The translations under genes and the position numbers were made by a program. This document shows, piece by piece, positions 40,348 to 51,307 of a stretch of DNA of 64,000 nt; position 1 is the first letter of the stretch, and each line of letters begins with the position of its first letter. Origin of the DNA: an uncultured Candidatus Actinomarina sp. GTDB lineage: Bacteria; Actinomycetota; Acidimicrobiia; Actinomarinales; Actinomarinaceae. The notes under the pieces were generated by a model. It saw only the letters and a program-made list of their open reading frames with translations. It had not been told where the DNA came from and did no database searches. The stretch covers positions 96,001 to 160,000 of the forward strand of contig CACPJC010000001.1 in assembly GCA_902634185.1 (NCBI GenBank), written 5' to 3'.

Positions 40348-40889
40348 AATTTCATATACTTTGAAATTTCATTGAATATGTCATCAATCTCACCAAATGC
40401 ATTTACAGAATTTAGAACTCCCTTGTTGCTGTAATAGTCAACCAATGGAGCAGTCTCTTTTTTATAAACTTCAAATCGTACTTTTATGGATTCTTCAGTA
40501 TCATCTTCTCTTCCACGATCCAACATACGCTTAACTAATTCTTCTTCATTAACCTCAAATAAAATTACGTTTTTAATTTTCAAGTCATCAATCTCAAGAC
40601 TTTCTGCCTGAGCGATTGTCCTGGGAAATCCATCTAATATAGCTCCGTTATCACAATCAGGTTTTCCTATCCTTTCAATCAACATTGCCGTGACTAAATC
40701 ATCAGATACAAGATTACCTTTGTTTAAAATGTCTTTAGCTATGAGACCTAGTTCCGTTTCATTTTCAACATGATCTCTTAACATTACCCCAGTAGATATA
40801 TGGGGAAGCTTAAAAGTTTCAGATAATTTTTCAGCCTGAGTTCCTTTTCCTGCACCTGGTGGTCCAAGAAAAATAGTGATATTTGTCAA
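40344..40889 (-). CDS. adk: Adenylate kinase (short LID)
   Basis: GPPGAGKGTQA, HISTG, LDGFPRT, RGREDD. Confidence 0.97.
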   Translation of the reverse strand: MTNITIFLGPPGAGKGTQAEKLSETFKLPHISTGVMLRDHVENETELGLIAKDILNKGNLVSDDLVTAMLIERIGKPDCDNGAILDGFPRTIAQAESLEIDDLKIKNVILFEVNEEELVKRMLDRGREDDTEESIKVRFEVYKKETAPLVDYYSNKGVLNSVNAFGEIDDIFNEISKYMKL

Positions 40890-42199
40890 TCAATAAATCC
40901 TTCGTAATTTCTCATACTTAATTGACTCTCTATTTGTTTCATTGTTTCTAGTGCTACACCTACGGTAATGAGTATTGATATACCACTGAAGCCCAAAGGA
41001 ATATCCCAAATCGCTGACGCAATTGATGGTAAAACAGCTACAGATGCAAGGAAAACTGATCCAGGAAGAGTAATTCTGCTAATTATGTGTGATAAATAAT
41101 TTGTTGTTGATATACCTGGACGAACACCAGGAACAAAACCTCCCTGTCTTCTTATCATGTCTGATTGTCTGACTGGATCAAATTGGATAGTGGTATAAAA
41201 ATATGTAAAGAATATTATCAACATTCCTAAAAAGAAAATATAAAACCAGCTAGTACCTTGTGAATTAGCTAGGTTGACATCAATCCAGTTTCTAATTCCT
41301 GCAGTAATTGAGTTATCTTGGGGAAGAGAAGTTGCAATAAGTGCTGGAAAGAAAAGTACACTGGTTGCAAAAATAACAGGAATGACACCAGCACTGTTGA
41401 CCTTTAAAGGTATGTATGTACTTTGACCTCCCATAACTTTTCTACCTCTTACTCTTTTAGCAAATTGAATTGGAATTCTTCTTTGACCCTGCTCTACATA
41501 AATTATTCCAACAATCATGAGGAAAAACATAAGTACTAAAAAGCTAAATTGACCTATCCTACCTTGTCCAGCAGTCACTTGATATGCACCACCAAAGCTA
41601 GCTGGTAATTGGCTTATGATACTTGCAAAAATAATTAAAGACATTCCATTTCCTATGCCTCTTTGAGAGATTAATTCTCCCAACCACATGATGAATGCTG
41701 TTCCAGCAGTCATTGTTAGAACAATTAATCCGACCCTAGACGGCGTATAGTTTGGTATTAAAGATATACCTCCAGTTAAACTTCCACGAGAAAATATATA
41801 AGTTAAACCTGTAGATTGTAACAATGCAAGAACAACTGTAATATATCTTGTCCATTGTGTGATTACTTTTCTTCCTGATTCTCCCTCTTCCTGAAGCTTT
41901 TGCAACCTTGGAATTACAACTGTTAATAATTGCAAAATAATACTTGAAGTGATGTAAGGCATAATACCTAATGCAAAAACTGAAAATGTCTCTAATGCTC
42001 CCCCAGAAAACAAATTTAGTAGTCCATAAATACCTGCTTGAGAACCTGAGTCGGTCAGTCTTTGAACAGCTTCTAAATCAACCCCTGGTACAGGAACTGC
42101 TGCTCCTAATCGATAAACTCCGAACATTAACAAAGTGAAAATAATTCTTTTTCTTAGATCAGGAATTTTAAACATGTATTTGAAAATCGAAAGCTTCAT
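40886..42199 (-). CDS. secY: Preprotein translocase SecY
   Basis: FALGIMPYITSSII, GIGNGMSLIIF, VIPVIFA, PGVRPG. Confidence 0.98.
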   Translation of the reverse strand: MKLSIFKYMFKIPDLRKRIIFTLLMFGVYRLGAAVPVPGVDLEAVQRLTDSGSQAGIYGLLNLFSGGALETFSVFALGIMPYITSSIILQLLTVVIPRLQKLQEEGESGRKVITQWTRYITVVLALLQSTGLTYIFSRGSLTGGISLIPNYTPSRVGLIVLTMTAGTAFIMWLGELISQRGIGNGMSLIIFASIISQLPASFGGAYQVTAGQGRIGQFSFLVLMFFLMIVGIIYVEQGQRRIPIQFAKRVRGRKVMGGQSTYIPLKVNSAGVIPVIFATSVLFFPALIATSLPQDNSITAGIRNWIDVNLANSQGTSWFYIFFLGMLIIFFTYFYTTIQFDPVRQSDMIRRQGGFVPGVRPGISTTNYLSHIISRITLPGSVFLASVAVLPSIASAIWDIPLGFSGISILITVGVALETMKQIESQLSMRNYEGFID

Positions 42200-42200
42200 A

Positions 42201-42650
42201 TTAAATCTCTATAACTTCTACAGTACCACCAGCATCTTCAATTTTCTTCTTCGCAGATTCACTTACAGCGTGTGCTTTTACGTTGACACTATTTGTAATT
42301 TCACCGTTACCAAGAATTTTTACAAATCCCTTTTTTCTTGTTAATCCATTTTTCTGAAGTATTTCTGGATCAATATCACCTTTAAGGTTTTTATCTTGTA
42401 AATCAGAAACATTTACAACCACATACGACATTTTAGGAGTATTTTTTAGTCCCTTAAGTTTTGGGATTCTTCTATAGAGTGGAATTTGTCCGCCTTCAAA
42501 GTATGCAGGTACTGTTTTTCTTGCTCCTGTTCCTTTTGTCCCTCTTCCAGCAGTTTTTCCTCTTTTTCCAGCTTCTCCTCTTCCTTTGCGAATTTTTGAT
42601 TTAGTTGAACCTGGGGTTGGCTTTAAATGATGAAATTTAATTTTACTCAT
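42201..42650 (-). CDS. rplO: 50S ribosomal protein L15
   Basis: GKTAGRGTKG, FEGGQ.PLYRR.PK, KILGNGE. Confidence 0.98.
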   Translation of the reverse strand: MSKIKFHHLKPTPGSTKSKIRKGRGEAGKRGKTAGRGTKGTGARKTVPAYFEGGQIPLYRRIPKLKGLKNTPKMSYVVVNVSDLQDKNLKGDIDPEILQKNGLTRKKGFVKILGNGEITNSVNVKAHAVSESAKKKIEDAGGTVEVIEI

Positions 42651-42829
42651 TTAATTTCCTCTGTTTCTACAAGGTGTGCAACTTTATTAAGCATCCCTGT
42701 AAGACTTTCGTCAACATCTCTTTCAACTGAAGAATTGATTTTTTTTAATCCAAGAGACTTTATAGTTTCTTTTGCTTTAAAACCTTGTCCAATAAGTGAC
42801 CTTCTAAGTGTAATTTTAACCTTTGGCAT
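42647..42829 (-). CDS. rpmD: 50S ribosomal protein L30
   Basis: [27 protein letters not shown]. Confidence 0.96.
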   Translation of the reverse strand: MPKVKITLRRSLIGQGFKAKETIKSLGLKKINSSVERDVDESLTGMLNKVAHLVETEEIK

Positions 42830-43367
42830 CTTCCTTTAACTTTCTTTCGGCTTTTGTATTTTCATATGCATCAACTAAACCTTTTGGAGCAATTTCCATA
42901 ACATTCTTACCTCTTAATTTAGCTACTTCATCTGGTGTTCTTTGACCTAATAATCCATTAAGAGTTGCTTTCGCAACATTCAAATGAGTAGGAGATCCTA
43001 AAGACTTAGCAAGAATATCTTTAATTCCTGCTGCCTCAAGAACTTGTCGAACTGCACCACCAGCAATTACACCTGTACCGGGAGCAGCTGGTTTTAACAA
43101 AACCTTAGAAGAGCCATGTTCTCCAGTAGTAGTATGTACTATCGTTGATCCAGCCATAGGTATAGGATGAATGTTCTTTTTTGCGTTTTCAATAGCTTTC
43201 TGTATTGCAAGCGGAACTTCCGAACCTTTTCCGTAACCTATTCCAGCATTACCGTTTCCATCACCAACAGCAACTAAAGCAGTAAATGCAAAGTTTCGAC
43301 CACCTTTAACTACTTTTGCTACTCTATTTATGTGAATAACGTTTTCTTGTAATTCTATTTCAGCCAT
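42816..43367 (-). CDS. rpsE: 30S ribosomal protein S5
   Basis: [22 protein letters not shown]. Confidence 0.98.
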   Translation of the reverse strand: MAEIELQENVIHINRVAKVVKGGRNFAFTALVAVGDGNGNAGIGYGKGSEVPLAIQKAIENAKKNIHPIPMAGSTIVHTTTGEHGSSKVLLKPAAPGTGVIAGGAVRQVLEAAGIKDILAKSLGSPTHLNVAKATLNGLLGQRTPDEVAKLRGKNVMEIAPKGLVDAYENTKAERKLKEDAKG

Positions 43368-43714
43368 TAGAACTTTATACCTTTTTCTCTTATACCATCA
43401 GCTAAAGCTTTGACTCTACCATGGTAAATATATCCTCCACGATCAAAAACTGCTTCTTTGATGTTGTTCTTGTTAAGAATGTCGCCCATTAATTCTCCAA
43501 CTTTTTTTGCAGTATCAATACTTAAATTATCACTCTTAAGCTCTTTTGATAATGTACTTGCTGATCCAATAGTTGTTTGATTTAAATCATCAATTGCTTG
43601 TACATATATATTTTTATTGCTCTTATATACAGCTAAACGCGGCTTACTTGCATCACCATACACTTTCTTTCTGATTCTAATTTTTCTTTTTGATCTTGAA
43701 TCTAAACTTTTCAC
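43367..43714 (-). CDS. rplR: 50S ribosomal protein L18
   Basis: [26 protein letters not shown]. Confidence 0.97.
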   Translation of the reverse strand: MKSLDSRSKRKIRIRKKVYGDASKPRLAVYKSNKNIYVQAIDDLNQTTIGSASTLSKELKSDNLSIDTAKKVGELMGDILNKNNIKEAVFDRGGYIYHGRVKALADGIREKGIKF

Positions 43715-43715
43715 T

Positions 43716-44270
43716 CTACGCTCCTGTAGTTGCTACTGCTGCTTTACCAGCTTTTCTTCTTACATATTCGTCTTGATATCTGATGCCTTTACCTTTATAA
43801 GGTTCAGGTGGTTTAATTGATCTAATATCCGCTGCGACTTGCCCAACCAAAGCTTTATCAATGCCCGAGACATTGATTGTATTTTGATCTGGTACATCAA
43901 ATGTAATATTTTCTACTTTTTTAAATATAACTGGATGTGAAAAGCCACAAAGTATCTCTAGATCATTACCTTTTAATGTAACCCTGTGTCCAACACCTTG
44001 TAGTGTAAGAGTCTTTGAATATCCTTCGCTAACCCCGACAATATTATTTGCTACTAATGATCTATATAAACCATGTAAACTTTTTACTTGCTTCTCATCT
44101 GACTCTCTTGTGAATTGAAGTACATTATCAGATATTTCAAACTTTATTTTTTCTTCAAGCACCTCAGTAACCAGTTCACCTTTTGGACCTTTGACGTTGA
44201 TTTTGTTTCCATTAATATTGATTTCAACTTTCTCGGGTATCTCAATTGGTTTATTACCAATTCTGCTCAT
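43716..44270 (-). CDS. rplF: 50S ribosomal protein L6
   Basis: MSRIGNKPI start at 44270; PEPYKGKGIRY. Confidence 0.98.
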   Translation of the reverse strand: MSRIGNKPIEIPEKVEININGNKINVKGPKGELVTEVLEEKIKFEISDNVLQFTRESDEKQVKSLHGLYRSLVANNIVGVSEGYSKTLTLQGVGHRVTLKGNDLEILCGFSHPVIFKKVENITFDVPDQNTINVSGIDKALVGQVAADIRSIKPPEPYKGKGIRYQDEYVRRKAGKAAVATTGA

Positions 44271-44665
44271 GACCAAACCTCACAAATAAGTTCTCCCCCA
44301 AGCTTTCTTTTTCTTGCTTCTGAATCAGATAATAGACCTCTTGAAGTAGAAACTACAACAGTACCTAAGCCTCCGTTGTTTCTTGGGAGTTTGTCAAAAG
44401 AAGAATAAACCCTTCTCCCTGGTTTAGATAATCTATTTAAACCAGCAATTACAGATTTTCCTTCATCTGAAAATTTGATAGTCAAATTTAAAACTTTTTT
44501 TGCTCCATCGCTTTTTACTTCTACGTCACTTATATAACCTTCATCTTTAAAAAGTTTTGCGAGCTCAAATTTGAAATTTGAGTGTGGAATCTCAACATTT
44601 GATTTTGACACAAGTGTTGCATTTCTAACCCTTGTTAAAAAATCTGAAATAGGATCATTTACCAT
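44267..44665 (-). CDS. rpsH: 30S ribosomal protein S8
   Basis: DPISDFLTRVRNA, SKPGRRVY, STSRG, GGELIC. Confidence 0.98.
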   Translation of the reverse strand: MVNDPISDFLTRVRNATLVSKSNVEIPHSNFKFELAKLFKDEGYISDVEVKSDGAKKVLNLTIKFSDEGKSVIAGLNRLSKPGRRVYSSFDKLPRNNGGLGTVVVSTSRGLLSDSEARKRKLGGELICEVWS

Positions 44666-44667
44666 CT

Positions 44668-44973
44668 TTACCACGAAGCTTTCTTTATCCCTGGAAGCTC
44701 TCCTTTGAGTGCCAAGTCGCGAAAAGTATTTCGTGACATTCCAAATTTTCTTAAATTACCCCTAGGTCGTCCTGTTACTTGGCACCTATTACGATGACGT
44801 GTTGCGGATGCATCTCTAGGCATCTTTGCAATCTTTTTTTGTGCTTCCCTTTTCTCATCATAAGTAGATTCAGGGTCACGAATTACAGCTAATAATTCTT
44901 TTCTCTTTGATGAATAAAAATTTGCTGTTTCTTCTCTTTTATTATTTTTAACTATTTTACTTTTTTTAGCCAT
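44668..44973 (-). CDS. rpsN: 30S ribosomal protein S14, long zinc-independent (C-) form
   Basis: 101 aa; MAKKS...[14 protein letters not shown]...[10 protein letters not shown]; a single Cys. Confidence 0.97.
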   Translation of the reverse strand: MAKKSKIVKNNKREETANFYSSKRKELLAVIRDPESTYDEKREAQKKIAKMPRDASATRHRNRCQVTGRPRGNLRKFGMSRNTFRDLALKGELPGIKKASW

Positions 44974-44975
44974 AA

Positions 44976-45521
44976 TTAATTCTCCCTAAACGGAAAGCCA
45001 AGTGAGTTAAGTAACTCATATCCGCCTGAATTATCTTTTGCAGTAGTACAAATTGTTATATTCATTCCTCTGATATCTCTGACTTTATCATATTCAACTT
45101 CTGGAAATACCAGTTGCTCGTTCAGCCCAAGAGAAAAATTACCATTACCATCAAATGATTTTTTACTAAATCCTCTGAAATCTCGAATTCTTGGGACTAC
45201 TACCTGTACAAACCGATCATAAAATTCCCACATTCTATTTCCTCTAAGTGTCACAGAAACCCCTATTGGCATTCCTTCACGAATTTTAAAACCCGCGATT
45301 GATTTTTTAGCTCTTTTTATAACTGGTTTCTGACCTGATATTGCAGTTAGTTCATCAACCATTGATTCAAGTGCTCTACCATCTGTAGCAGCTTTTCCAT
45401 CACCGATATTTATAACAATTTTTTCTAGTTTTGGAACAGCATTAGTGTTTTCAATATTTAATTGTTTCTTTAGTTCGTCAATTAATTGAGTTCTATATTG
45501 ATCTTTAAGCCTCGGAATCAT
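44976..45521 (-). CDS. rplE: 50S ribosomal protein L5
   Basis: [25 protein letters not shown]. Confidence 0.98.
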   Translation of the reverse strand: MIPRLKDQYRTQLIDELKKQLNIENTNAVPKLEKIVINIGDGKAATDGRALESMVDELTAISGQKPVIKRAKKSIAGFKIREGMPIGVSVTLRGNRMWEFYDRFVQVVVPRIRDFRGFSKKSFDGNGNFSLGLNEQLVFPEVEYDKVRDIRGMNITICTTAKDNSGGYELLNSLGFPFREN

Positions 45522-45820
45522 GCTTCATCTCCAGTTTGTGCTAAAACCCTAAATTTATTTCCATTTTTATCAAACTTATATCTTACTCTTCCACTCTTTT
45601 TTTTGACAACCAGTGCAACATTTGAGGCATCTATTGGCATACTTTTATCAATAACTCCTCCTTGCATCGTTTGGCCTTGAGGTTTTTGATGTTTTTTATT
45701 TACATTTATCCCTTCAACTAAAACTTGATTCTTTTTTGGAAATACTTGCAAAACTTTACCTTCTTTACCATTGTCTTTTCCAGAAATAATTTTTACTGTA
45801 TCACCTTTTTGTATTTTCAT
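45518..45820 (-). CDS. rplX: 50S ribosomal protein L24
   Basis: KGDTV..ISGKD.GK.GKV KOW motif, SNV. Confidence 0.97.
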   Translation of the reverse strand: MKIQKGDTVKIISGKDNGKEGKVLQVFPKKNQVLVEGINVNKKHQKPQGQTMQGGVIDKSMPIDASNVALVVKKKSGRVRYKFDKNGNKFRVLAQTGDEA

Positions 45821-46188
45821 TACAAAACCTCCGGTGCAAGTGATACTATTCTCATAAATTTCTTCTCTCTTAATTCTCTACCAACTGGTCCAAAGATTCT
45901 TGTTCCTCTTGGTTGATCTTGATCGTTTAAAATCACGCATGCATTTTCATCAAACCTAATATAAGTACCATCTTTACGTCTTGTTTCTTTACTAGTTCTG
46001 ACAACAACAGCTTGTACAATATCACCTTTTTTTATCTGGCCACCAGGAACAGCATCTTTTACGGTTGCTGTAAAAACATCTCCCAAACCTGCATATCTAA
46101 TTTTTGAACTGCCTTTTACCTTTATGCATAACACCTCTTTTGCGCCAGAGTTGTCAGCAACTTTTAATCTTGATTCTTTTTGTATCAT
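45820..46188 (-). CDS. rplN: 50S ribosomal protein L14
   Basis: [23 protein letters not shown]. Confidence 0.98.
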   Translation of the reverse strand: MIQKESRLKVADNSGAKEVLCIKVKGSSKIRYAGLGDVFTATVKDAVPGGQIKKGDIVQAVVVRTSKETRRKDGTYIRFDENACVILNDQDQPRGTRIFGPVGRELREKKFMRIVSLAPEVL

Positions 46189-46448
46189 CTTGCTCTCTCA
46201 ACAATCTCAGTAACTCTCCACATTTTTGTTTTAGATATTGGCTTAGTTTCAGTTATTTTTACAGTGTCCCCAACTTTTGCATCAAAACTCTCATCATGGG
46301 CATGAAGCTTTCTTGTTTTTTTAACAATTTTTCCGTACTTTGGATGTTGAAATTGTAATTCAATAGACACGGTAACTGTTTTGTCTCTTTTATCAGAAAC
46401 AACGACTCCTGTTCTTACTTTTCGAGATGCTCTTGGTTCACTACTCAT
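46185..46448 (-). CDS. rpsQ: 30S ribosomal protein S17
   Basis: [26 protein letters not shown]; likely ATG at 46448. Confidence 0.97.
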   Translation of the reverse strand: MSSEPRASRKVRTGVVVSDKRDKTVTVSIELQFQHPKYGKIVKKTRKLHAHDESFDAKVGDTVKITETKPISKTKMWRVTEIVERAR

Positions 46449-46656
46449 TATTCTCTTCCGCATTCATGTCATTGATTTTTTGATTTAATATTGTGTTTGC
46501 CTGTGCAATTTCTTTCTTTATTTTTTTAAATACTGAAGTGTCTTCGATTTGACTCGTTGCTAACGCAAATCTTGAGTCCATTAATTCTTTTTTAAGATCT
46601 AAAATTTTATTTTCAAGTTCCATAATGGATAATTCTCTCAAATCATTTATGCTCAT
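46441..46656 (-). CDS. rpmC: 50S ribosomal protein L29
   Basis: DLRELS..EL...LKKEL...RF...Q..., IKKEIA; position between rplP and rpsQ. Confidence 0.93.
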   Translation of the reverse strand: MSINDLRELSIMELENKILDLKKELMDSRFALATSQIEDTSVFKKIKKEIAQANTILNQKINDMNAEENNE

Positions 46657-47063
46657 ATATTCCTCTTTACAAATTTTGTTTTAATTGGCAATTTATGTCC
46701 TGCTTTTCTCATTGCTTCTTTTGCAATTTCTTCAGAAACACCAGATATTTCAAAAATTATTTTTCCCGGTTTTACAACTGCTACGTAGTACTCAACGTTA
46801 CCTTTTCCTGATCCCATACGAACTTCAGCGGGTTTTTTTGTAATTGGTTTGTGAGGAAAAATGTTTATCCAAACCTTTCCCCCTCTTTTCATTGTTCTTG
46901 TAATCGTTATTCTTGCAGCCTCAATTTGACGTGCTGTTATATATGAAGTCTCAACAGCTTGAAGTCCATAATCACCAAATGTCACTTCATTACCACCTTT
47001 TGAAAGACCTCTTCTTCTACCTCTATGTGATTTTCTATGTTTTGTCTTTTTTGGCATTAACAT
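46653..47063 (-). CDS. rplP: 50S ribosomal protein L16
   Basis: [22 protein letters not shown]. Confidence 0.98.
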   Translation of the reverse strand: MLMPKKTKHRKSHRGRRRGLSKGGNEVTFGDYGLQAVETSYITARQIEAARITITRTMKRGGKVWINIFPHKPITKKPAEVRMGSGKGNVEYYVAVVKPGKIIFEISGVSEEIAKEAMRKAGHKLPIKTKFVKRNI

Positions 47064-47065
47064 AT

Positions 47066-47956
47066 TTATTCTTCTTCCATTATTGATTTTTCTTGTTCAA
47101 ATTGCTCTGTTGCCTCATTAGGTCTAATCCGATTACCCCCACCTGCCTCAACAATCTTTGATGATGATTCATTTGCTTTTTTACCACCACCAGCTTCAAG
47201 AATTCGTGATTTTTTAGTCTCACCTACGGCAGCTTCAACACGAGATTTAACAGATTTAACTCTTCCAGTAGCAGGTCCTCCACTTGCTAAATTAGCTTCA
47301 GCTGCAATTTTATCTTGTCTTAGTTTGTTTGAACCTACGACATCACCTTTGTAAACCCAAACTTTTACTCCAATTGAACCTACGGTTGTTTGAGCTGCTG
47401 CTCTTCCAAAATCAATATCGGCACGTAAAGTGTGTAATGGGACTCTGCCTTCACGGTACCATTCTCTTCTACCCATCTCTGCGCCACCGAGTCGTCCAGA
47501 ACATTCAACTCTTACACCTTCGGCTCCAGCTTTAAGAGCACCTGTTACAGCTCTTTTCATTGCTCTTCTAAATGCAACTCTGTTTTCTAATTGGTCTGCA
47601 ACAGCTCTTGCTAATAATTGGGCGTCAAGTTCAGGCTCTCTAACTTCAATAATATTTAGTTTTACAGGTTGGCTAGATAATTCTTCGAGTCCTTTTCTCA
47701 ACCTATCTGCTTCTGCACCTTTTCTACCAATTACAACACCGGGTCTAGCTGTATGTATGTCAACTTGGACCTTGTCCCTTGTTCTTTCTATATCTATTCG
47801 AGAAACTGCACCTTTAATTAACTGCGAAGACAAGAACTCTCTAATTCTATAATCTTGATTAACCAGTTTTGTGTATTCTTTATCACTAAACCAACGTGAC
47901 TTCCAGTCATTAACAATTCCAATTCTAAATGCGTAAGGATGTGTTTTTTGTCCCAT
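47066..47956 (-). CDS. rpsC: 30S ribosomal protein S3 with C-terminal extension
   Basis: [33 protein letters not shown]. Confidence 0.98.
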   Translation of the reverse strand: MGQKTHPYAFRIGIVNDWKSRWFSDKEYTKLVNQDYRIREFLSSQLIKGAVSRIDIERTRDKVQVDIHTARPGVVIGRKGAEADRLRKGLEELSSQPVKLNIIEVREPELDAQLLARAVADQLENRVAFRRAMKRAVTGALKAGAEGVRVECSGRLGGAEMGRREWYREGRVPLHTLRADIDFGRAAAQTTVGSIGVKVWVYKGDVVGSNKLRQDKIAAEANLASGGPATGRVKSVKSRVEAAVGETKKSRILEAGGGKKANESSSKIVEAGGGNRIRPNEATEQFEQEKSIMEEE

Positions 47957-48309
47957 TACAATTCTCCGTCTGCTGTAGTTAGTTCGATTACCAAGTGAGA
48001 TGTTCTTTTATTTATCCTTCCGGCTCTACCTCTAGCCCTTGGTCTAAATCTTTTTAGAGTAGGTCCTTCATCTGCAGTAGCTTTTGAAATATAAAGATCA
48101 CTTGAGCTTAAACCAAAATTATTCTCAGCATTTGCGATTGCGCTTTCGACAACTTGTGATATCTCATCAGCTGCTCTTCGTTTTGTAAATTTAAGAATAT
48201 CTAAGGCTTCAGAAACAGGCAGTCCTCTAATTAGATTCAATACTAACCTCAATTTGTAAGGTGATTGCCTTACATATTTACTTTTTGCAGTTACTGTTTG
48301 ATTTTCCAT
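47956..48309 (-). CDS. rplV: 50S ribosomal protein L22
   Basis: [22 protein letters not shown]. Confidence 0.98.
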   Translation of the reverse strand: MENQTVTAKSKYVRQSPYKLRLVLNLIRGLPVSEALDILKFTKRRAADEISQVVESAIANAENNFGLSSSDLYISKATADEGPTLKRFRPRARGRAGRINKRTSHLVIELTTADGEL

Positions 48310-48572
48310 TAGCTTTGTCCTGGGTGTCCTTTAAATGTTCTTGTCGGAGCAAATTCACCTAGTTTATGACCAACCATTGCTTCCGTTACAAAAACTGGAA
48401 TGTGTTGTCGACCATTATGAATTGCAATTGTTAAACCTACCATCTCGGGGACTATTGTAGATCTTCTACTCCATGTTTTAATTACACTTTTGTTACCACT
48501 GTTTTGTGCTTCTTCAACTTTCACTAAGAGATGATTGTCTACAAATGGTCCTTTTCTTAAGCTTCTTGACAT
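48309..48572 (-). CDS. rpsS: 30S ribosomal protein S19
   Basis: [26 protein letters not shown]. Confidence 0.98.
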   Translation of the reverse strand: MSRSLRKGPFVDNHLLVKVEEAQNSGNKSVIKTWSRRSTIVPEMVGLTIAIHNGRQHIPVFVTEAMVGHKLGEFAPTRTFKGHPGQS

Positions 48573-48574
48573 GA

Positions 48575-49408
48575 TTAATTTCTACCTTTTTGAGATCTTC
48601 CTCTAACAATTGATTTATTGCTATATTTTTTCTTTTTTCTTGTTTTTGCTTCCGGCTTTCCCCATGGGCTTACAGGAGTTCTACCACCAGATGACTTTCC
48701 TTCTCCACCTCCGAGTGGGTGATCAACTGGATTCATAGCAACACCTCTTGTTTGAGGCCTCACACCTTTCCATCTTTTTCTTCCAGCTTTTCCAAGTTTT
48801 GTTAATTCAGCTTCTGCGTTTCCAACGCTTCCAACTGTTGCTCTACAATCCATTGAGACTGTTCTCATCTCTCCAGATGGGAGTCTTAACAGTGCAAGAC
48901 CCGATTCTTTACTCATAAGCTGAACTGATGATCCAGCAGACCTTGCCATCTTAGCTCCACCACCAGGTCTTAGTTCAACTGCATGTACAAATGTACCTGC
49001 AGGAATGTTCCTTAATGGTAAACAATTTCCATCTTTTATCTCAGCTTTAGGTCCAGACTCTACCATGCTGCCTTCATAAACCCCTTCAGGTGCAATAATG
49101 TAACTTTTTTCGCCATCAACATAATGAAGTAAAGCAATTCTGGAATTTCTGTTTGGGTCATATTCTATTCCAGCAACCTTTGCCGGTATACCGTCTTTGA
49201 CTCTCTTAAAATCGACTACTCTATATTTTTGTTTATGTCCACCTCCTCTGTGTCGAGATGTAATTCTTCCTTTATTGTTTCTACCACCGGTTGACTTTTT
49301 TGATTGTAAAAGTTTTTTTTCAGGTTTTGATTTAGTAATTTCACTAAAATCACCTGTTACATGTCCTCTCATTCCTGGAGTAATTGGTCTAATTTTTTTT
49401 GATCCCAT
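48575..49408 (-). CDS. rplB: 50S ribosomal protein L2
   Basis: [30 protein letters not shown]. Confidence 0.99.
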   Translation of the reverse strand: MGSKKIRPITPGMRGHVTGDFSEITKSKPEKKLLQSKKSTGGRNNKGRITSRHRGGGHKQKYRVVDFKRVKDGIPAKVAGIEYDPNRNSRIALLHYVDGEKSYIIAPEGVYEGSMVESGPKAEIKDGNCLPLRNIPAGTFVHAVELRPGGGAKMARSAGSSVQLMSKESGLALLRLPSGEMRTVSMDCRATVGSVGNAEAELTKLGKAGRKRWKGVRPQTRGVAMNPVDHPLGGGEGKSSGGRTPVSPWGKPEAKTRKKKKYSNKSIVRGRSQKGRN

Positions 49409-49410
49409 AC

Positions 49411-49698
49411 CTATACTCCAAATGCCTCAATAGTTTGTCCATCTTGTAAAGTAACAATTGCTACTTTTCTTGTACTTTGTTGACCAATAACATAACCAAA
49501 TCTTTTCTTTTTTCCTTTTTTATACATTGTGTTGACAGATACAACTTCAACATCAAAAATTTCTTCAACTGCTTTCTTAATTTCAGGCTTTGTCGCACTT
49601 GTGTGCACAAAAAAAGTGTATGAATTTGAGTTAGCAATTCTGTCATATGACTTTTCAGAGATAAGAGGAGCTATAAGTATATCTTCTAAATACTTCAT
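49411..49698 (-). CDS. rplW: 50S ribosomal protein L23
   Basis: [24 protein letters not shown]. Confidence 0.96.
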   Translation of the reverse strand: MKYLEDILIAPLISEKSYDRIANSNSYTFFVHTSATKPEIKKAVEEIFDVEVVSVNTMYKKGKKKRFGYVIGQQSTRKVAIVTLQDGQTIEAFGV

Positions 49699-50315
49699 CT
49701 TTGCTCCAAAAATGTATTTATAGCGTTTTCACTAAAAACTAAGGCTTCATTTGAAATAACATCATAAGTTGAAAGTTTTGTTACGGAAGTAAGCTTTGAA
49801 TTTGAAAGATTTCTGAATGACTTTACAAGGGAATCGTCATTTTCTCCGTAAACAAAAACAAAGGATTTGGAAATTGATAATTCTTTTATTGCATTTGATG
49901 CTGCTTTTGTTGAAGGTGTATCAAGTCCAGCTCCATCTACAACAAAAACTGACTCTTCTAATACTCTGTTTGATACAGACATATATAATGATTTCTTTTT
50001 CATTTTCTTAGGTGTTCTGTCTTTGTACACTCTTCCGCCTGGACCGTGAGCTATTCCTCCACCTACAAAAATAGGAGATCTTAAAGACCCGTGTCTTGCT
50101 CTACCAGTTCCTTTCTGTACCCAAGGTTTTGCACCTGTTCCAGAGACTTGTGATCTTGTTTTAACACTCGCAGTATTATTTCTTGCATTTGTTCTGTTAG
50201 CTTTAGTAACTTGGTGTAAAAGACCTGTATTCATCTCTTCGTTTAGTTCAAAGTCATATTGTTTATTTGAGGTCTTGTTATCTTTTAAAGAAAATGATTT
50301 CAACTTAATACTCAT
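49695..50315 (-). CDS. rplD: 50S ribosomal protein L4
   Basis: KTRSQVSG.GAKPW.QKGTGRAR.GS.RSP. Confidence 0.97.
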   Translation of the reverse strand: MSIKLKSFSLKDNKTSNKQYDFELNEEMNTGLLHQVTKANRTNARNNTASVKTRSQVSGTGAKPWVQKGTGRARHGSLRSPIFVGGGIAHGPGGRVYKDRTPKKMKKKSLYMSVSNRVLEESVFVVDGAGLDTPSTKAASNAIKELSISKSFVFVYGENDDSLVKSFRNLSNSKLTSVTKLSTYDVISNEALVFSENAINTFLEQR

Positions 50316-50944
50316 GACGAAACCTTTATAGCTGAGCTGATTTGAACGATATTTCCTTTGTTGCCTGGTACTGATCCGTTCACAAGTAAATAATTTTTTT
50401 CTTCATTTATTGCAACTACAGTTACTGATTGAATAGTTCTTTTCTGATTACCCATTCTTCCTGACATTTTTGTTCCTTTAAATACATGGCCTGGATAAGA
50501 GGCATTACCAATTGACCCTCCAGCTCTGTGAACTTTATGAACACCATGGCTTGCTTTTTGTCCTGAAAAATTATGTCTTTTCATAACACCTGAGTAACCT
50601 TTTCCTTTTGAAAATCCGGTTATGTCTACTTTTTGACCAACTTCAAAAAAATCATTAATTTTTATTTCTTTACCTGATTCAAGTGGGGATTCTTCATCAA
50701 AAGGTACTTCGAAAAGTCCTTCCCCCGGTTCAACATTGTACTTTTTATAATGTTCTGCAAGAGGTTTGGCTACATTTTTTGCAGAACCAATAGTTAATTG
50801 TGCGGCACTGTATCCATCTTTCTCGTTAGATTTTATTTGAACCACTCTGCAACCTGAAACATCAAGCACAGTTACACCCATTGAAATTGAATTTTCATCA
50901 AATAGCTGGGTCATGCCTACTTTTTTTGCAATAATTGATTTCAT
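50312..50944 (-). CDS. rplC: 50S ribosomal protein L3
   Basis: [31 protein letters not shown]. Confidence 0.98.
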   Translation of the reverse strand: MKSIIAKKVGMTQLFDENSISMGVTVLDVSGCRVVQIKSNEKDGYSAAQLTIGSAKNVAKPLAEHYKKYNVEPGEGLFEVPFDEESPLESGKEIKINDFFEVGQKVDITGFSKGKGYSGVMKRHNFSGQKASHGVHKVHRAGGSIGNASYPGHVFKGTKMSGRMGNQKRTIQSVTVVAINEEKNYLLVNGSVPGNKGNIVQISSAIKVSS

Positions 50945-51255
50945 AATTTGATCTCAACTTCTACACCAGCTGGTAAATCTAACCTCATAAGAGAATCAAC
51001 GGTCTTCGGGGTTGGTTCGACAATATCAATTAACCTTTTATGAATTCTCATTTCAAAATGTTCTCTCGATTTTTTATCTACATGGGGAGAACGAATAACA
51101 CAATAACGATGGATTTGAGTAGGTAAAGGGATCGGTCCTTTCACTTTTGCTTGTGTTTTCATCACTGTTTCGGCAATTTTACGAGCAGACTCGTCTACAA
51201 CATAATTGTCATATGCTTTTAACTTTATCCTTATCTGCTGTTCTTGCTTTGCCAT
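50941..51255 (-). CDS. rpsJ: 30S ribosomal protein S10
   Basis: [28 protein letters not shown]. Confidence 0.99.
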   Translation of the reverse strand: MAKQEQQIRIKLKAYDNYVVDESARKIAETVMKTQAKVKGPIPLPTQIHRYCVIRSPHVDKKSREHFEMRIHKRLIDIVEPTPKTVDSLMRLDLPAGVEVEIKL

Positions 51256-51264
51256 TTTTTCCCC

Positions 51265-51298
51265 AAAAAAAACCGGGAGTAGAATTCTACTCCCGGTT
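51265..51298 (-). terminator. Intrinsic terminator after tuf
   Basis: AACCGGGAGTAG-AATT-CTACTCCCGGTT palindrome followed by a U tract on the minus strand. Confidence 0.85.
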
Positions 51299-51307
51299 AA
51301 GTTTTAA

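Noticed and set aside
40344-40889. Adenylate kinase without the Zn-binding LID as evidence of zinc sparing
   Set aside because: Short-LID Adk is normal in many Actinobacteria such as mycobacteria, so it is not informative alone.
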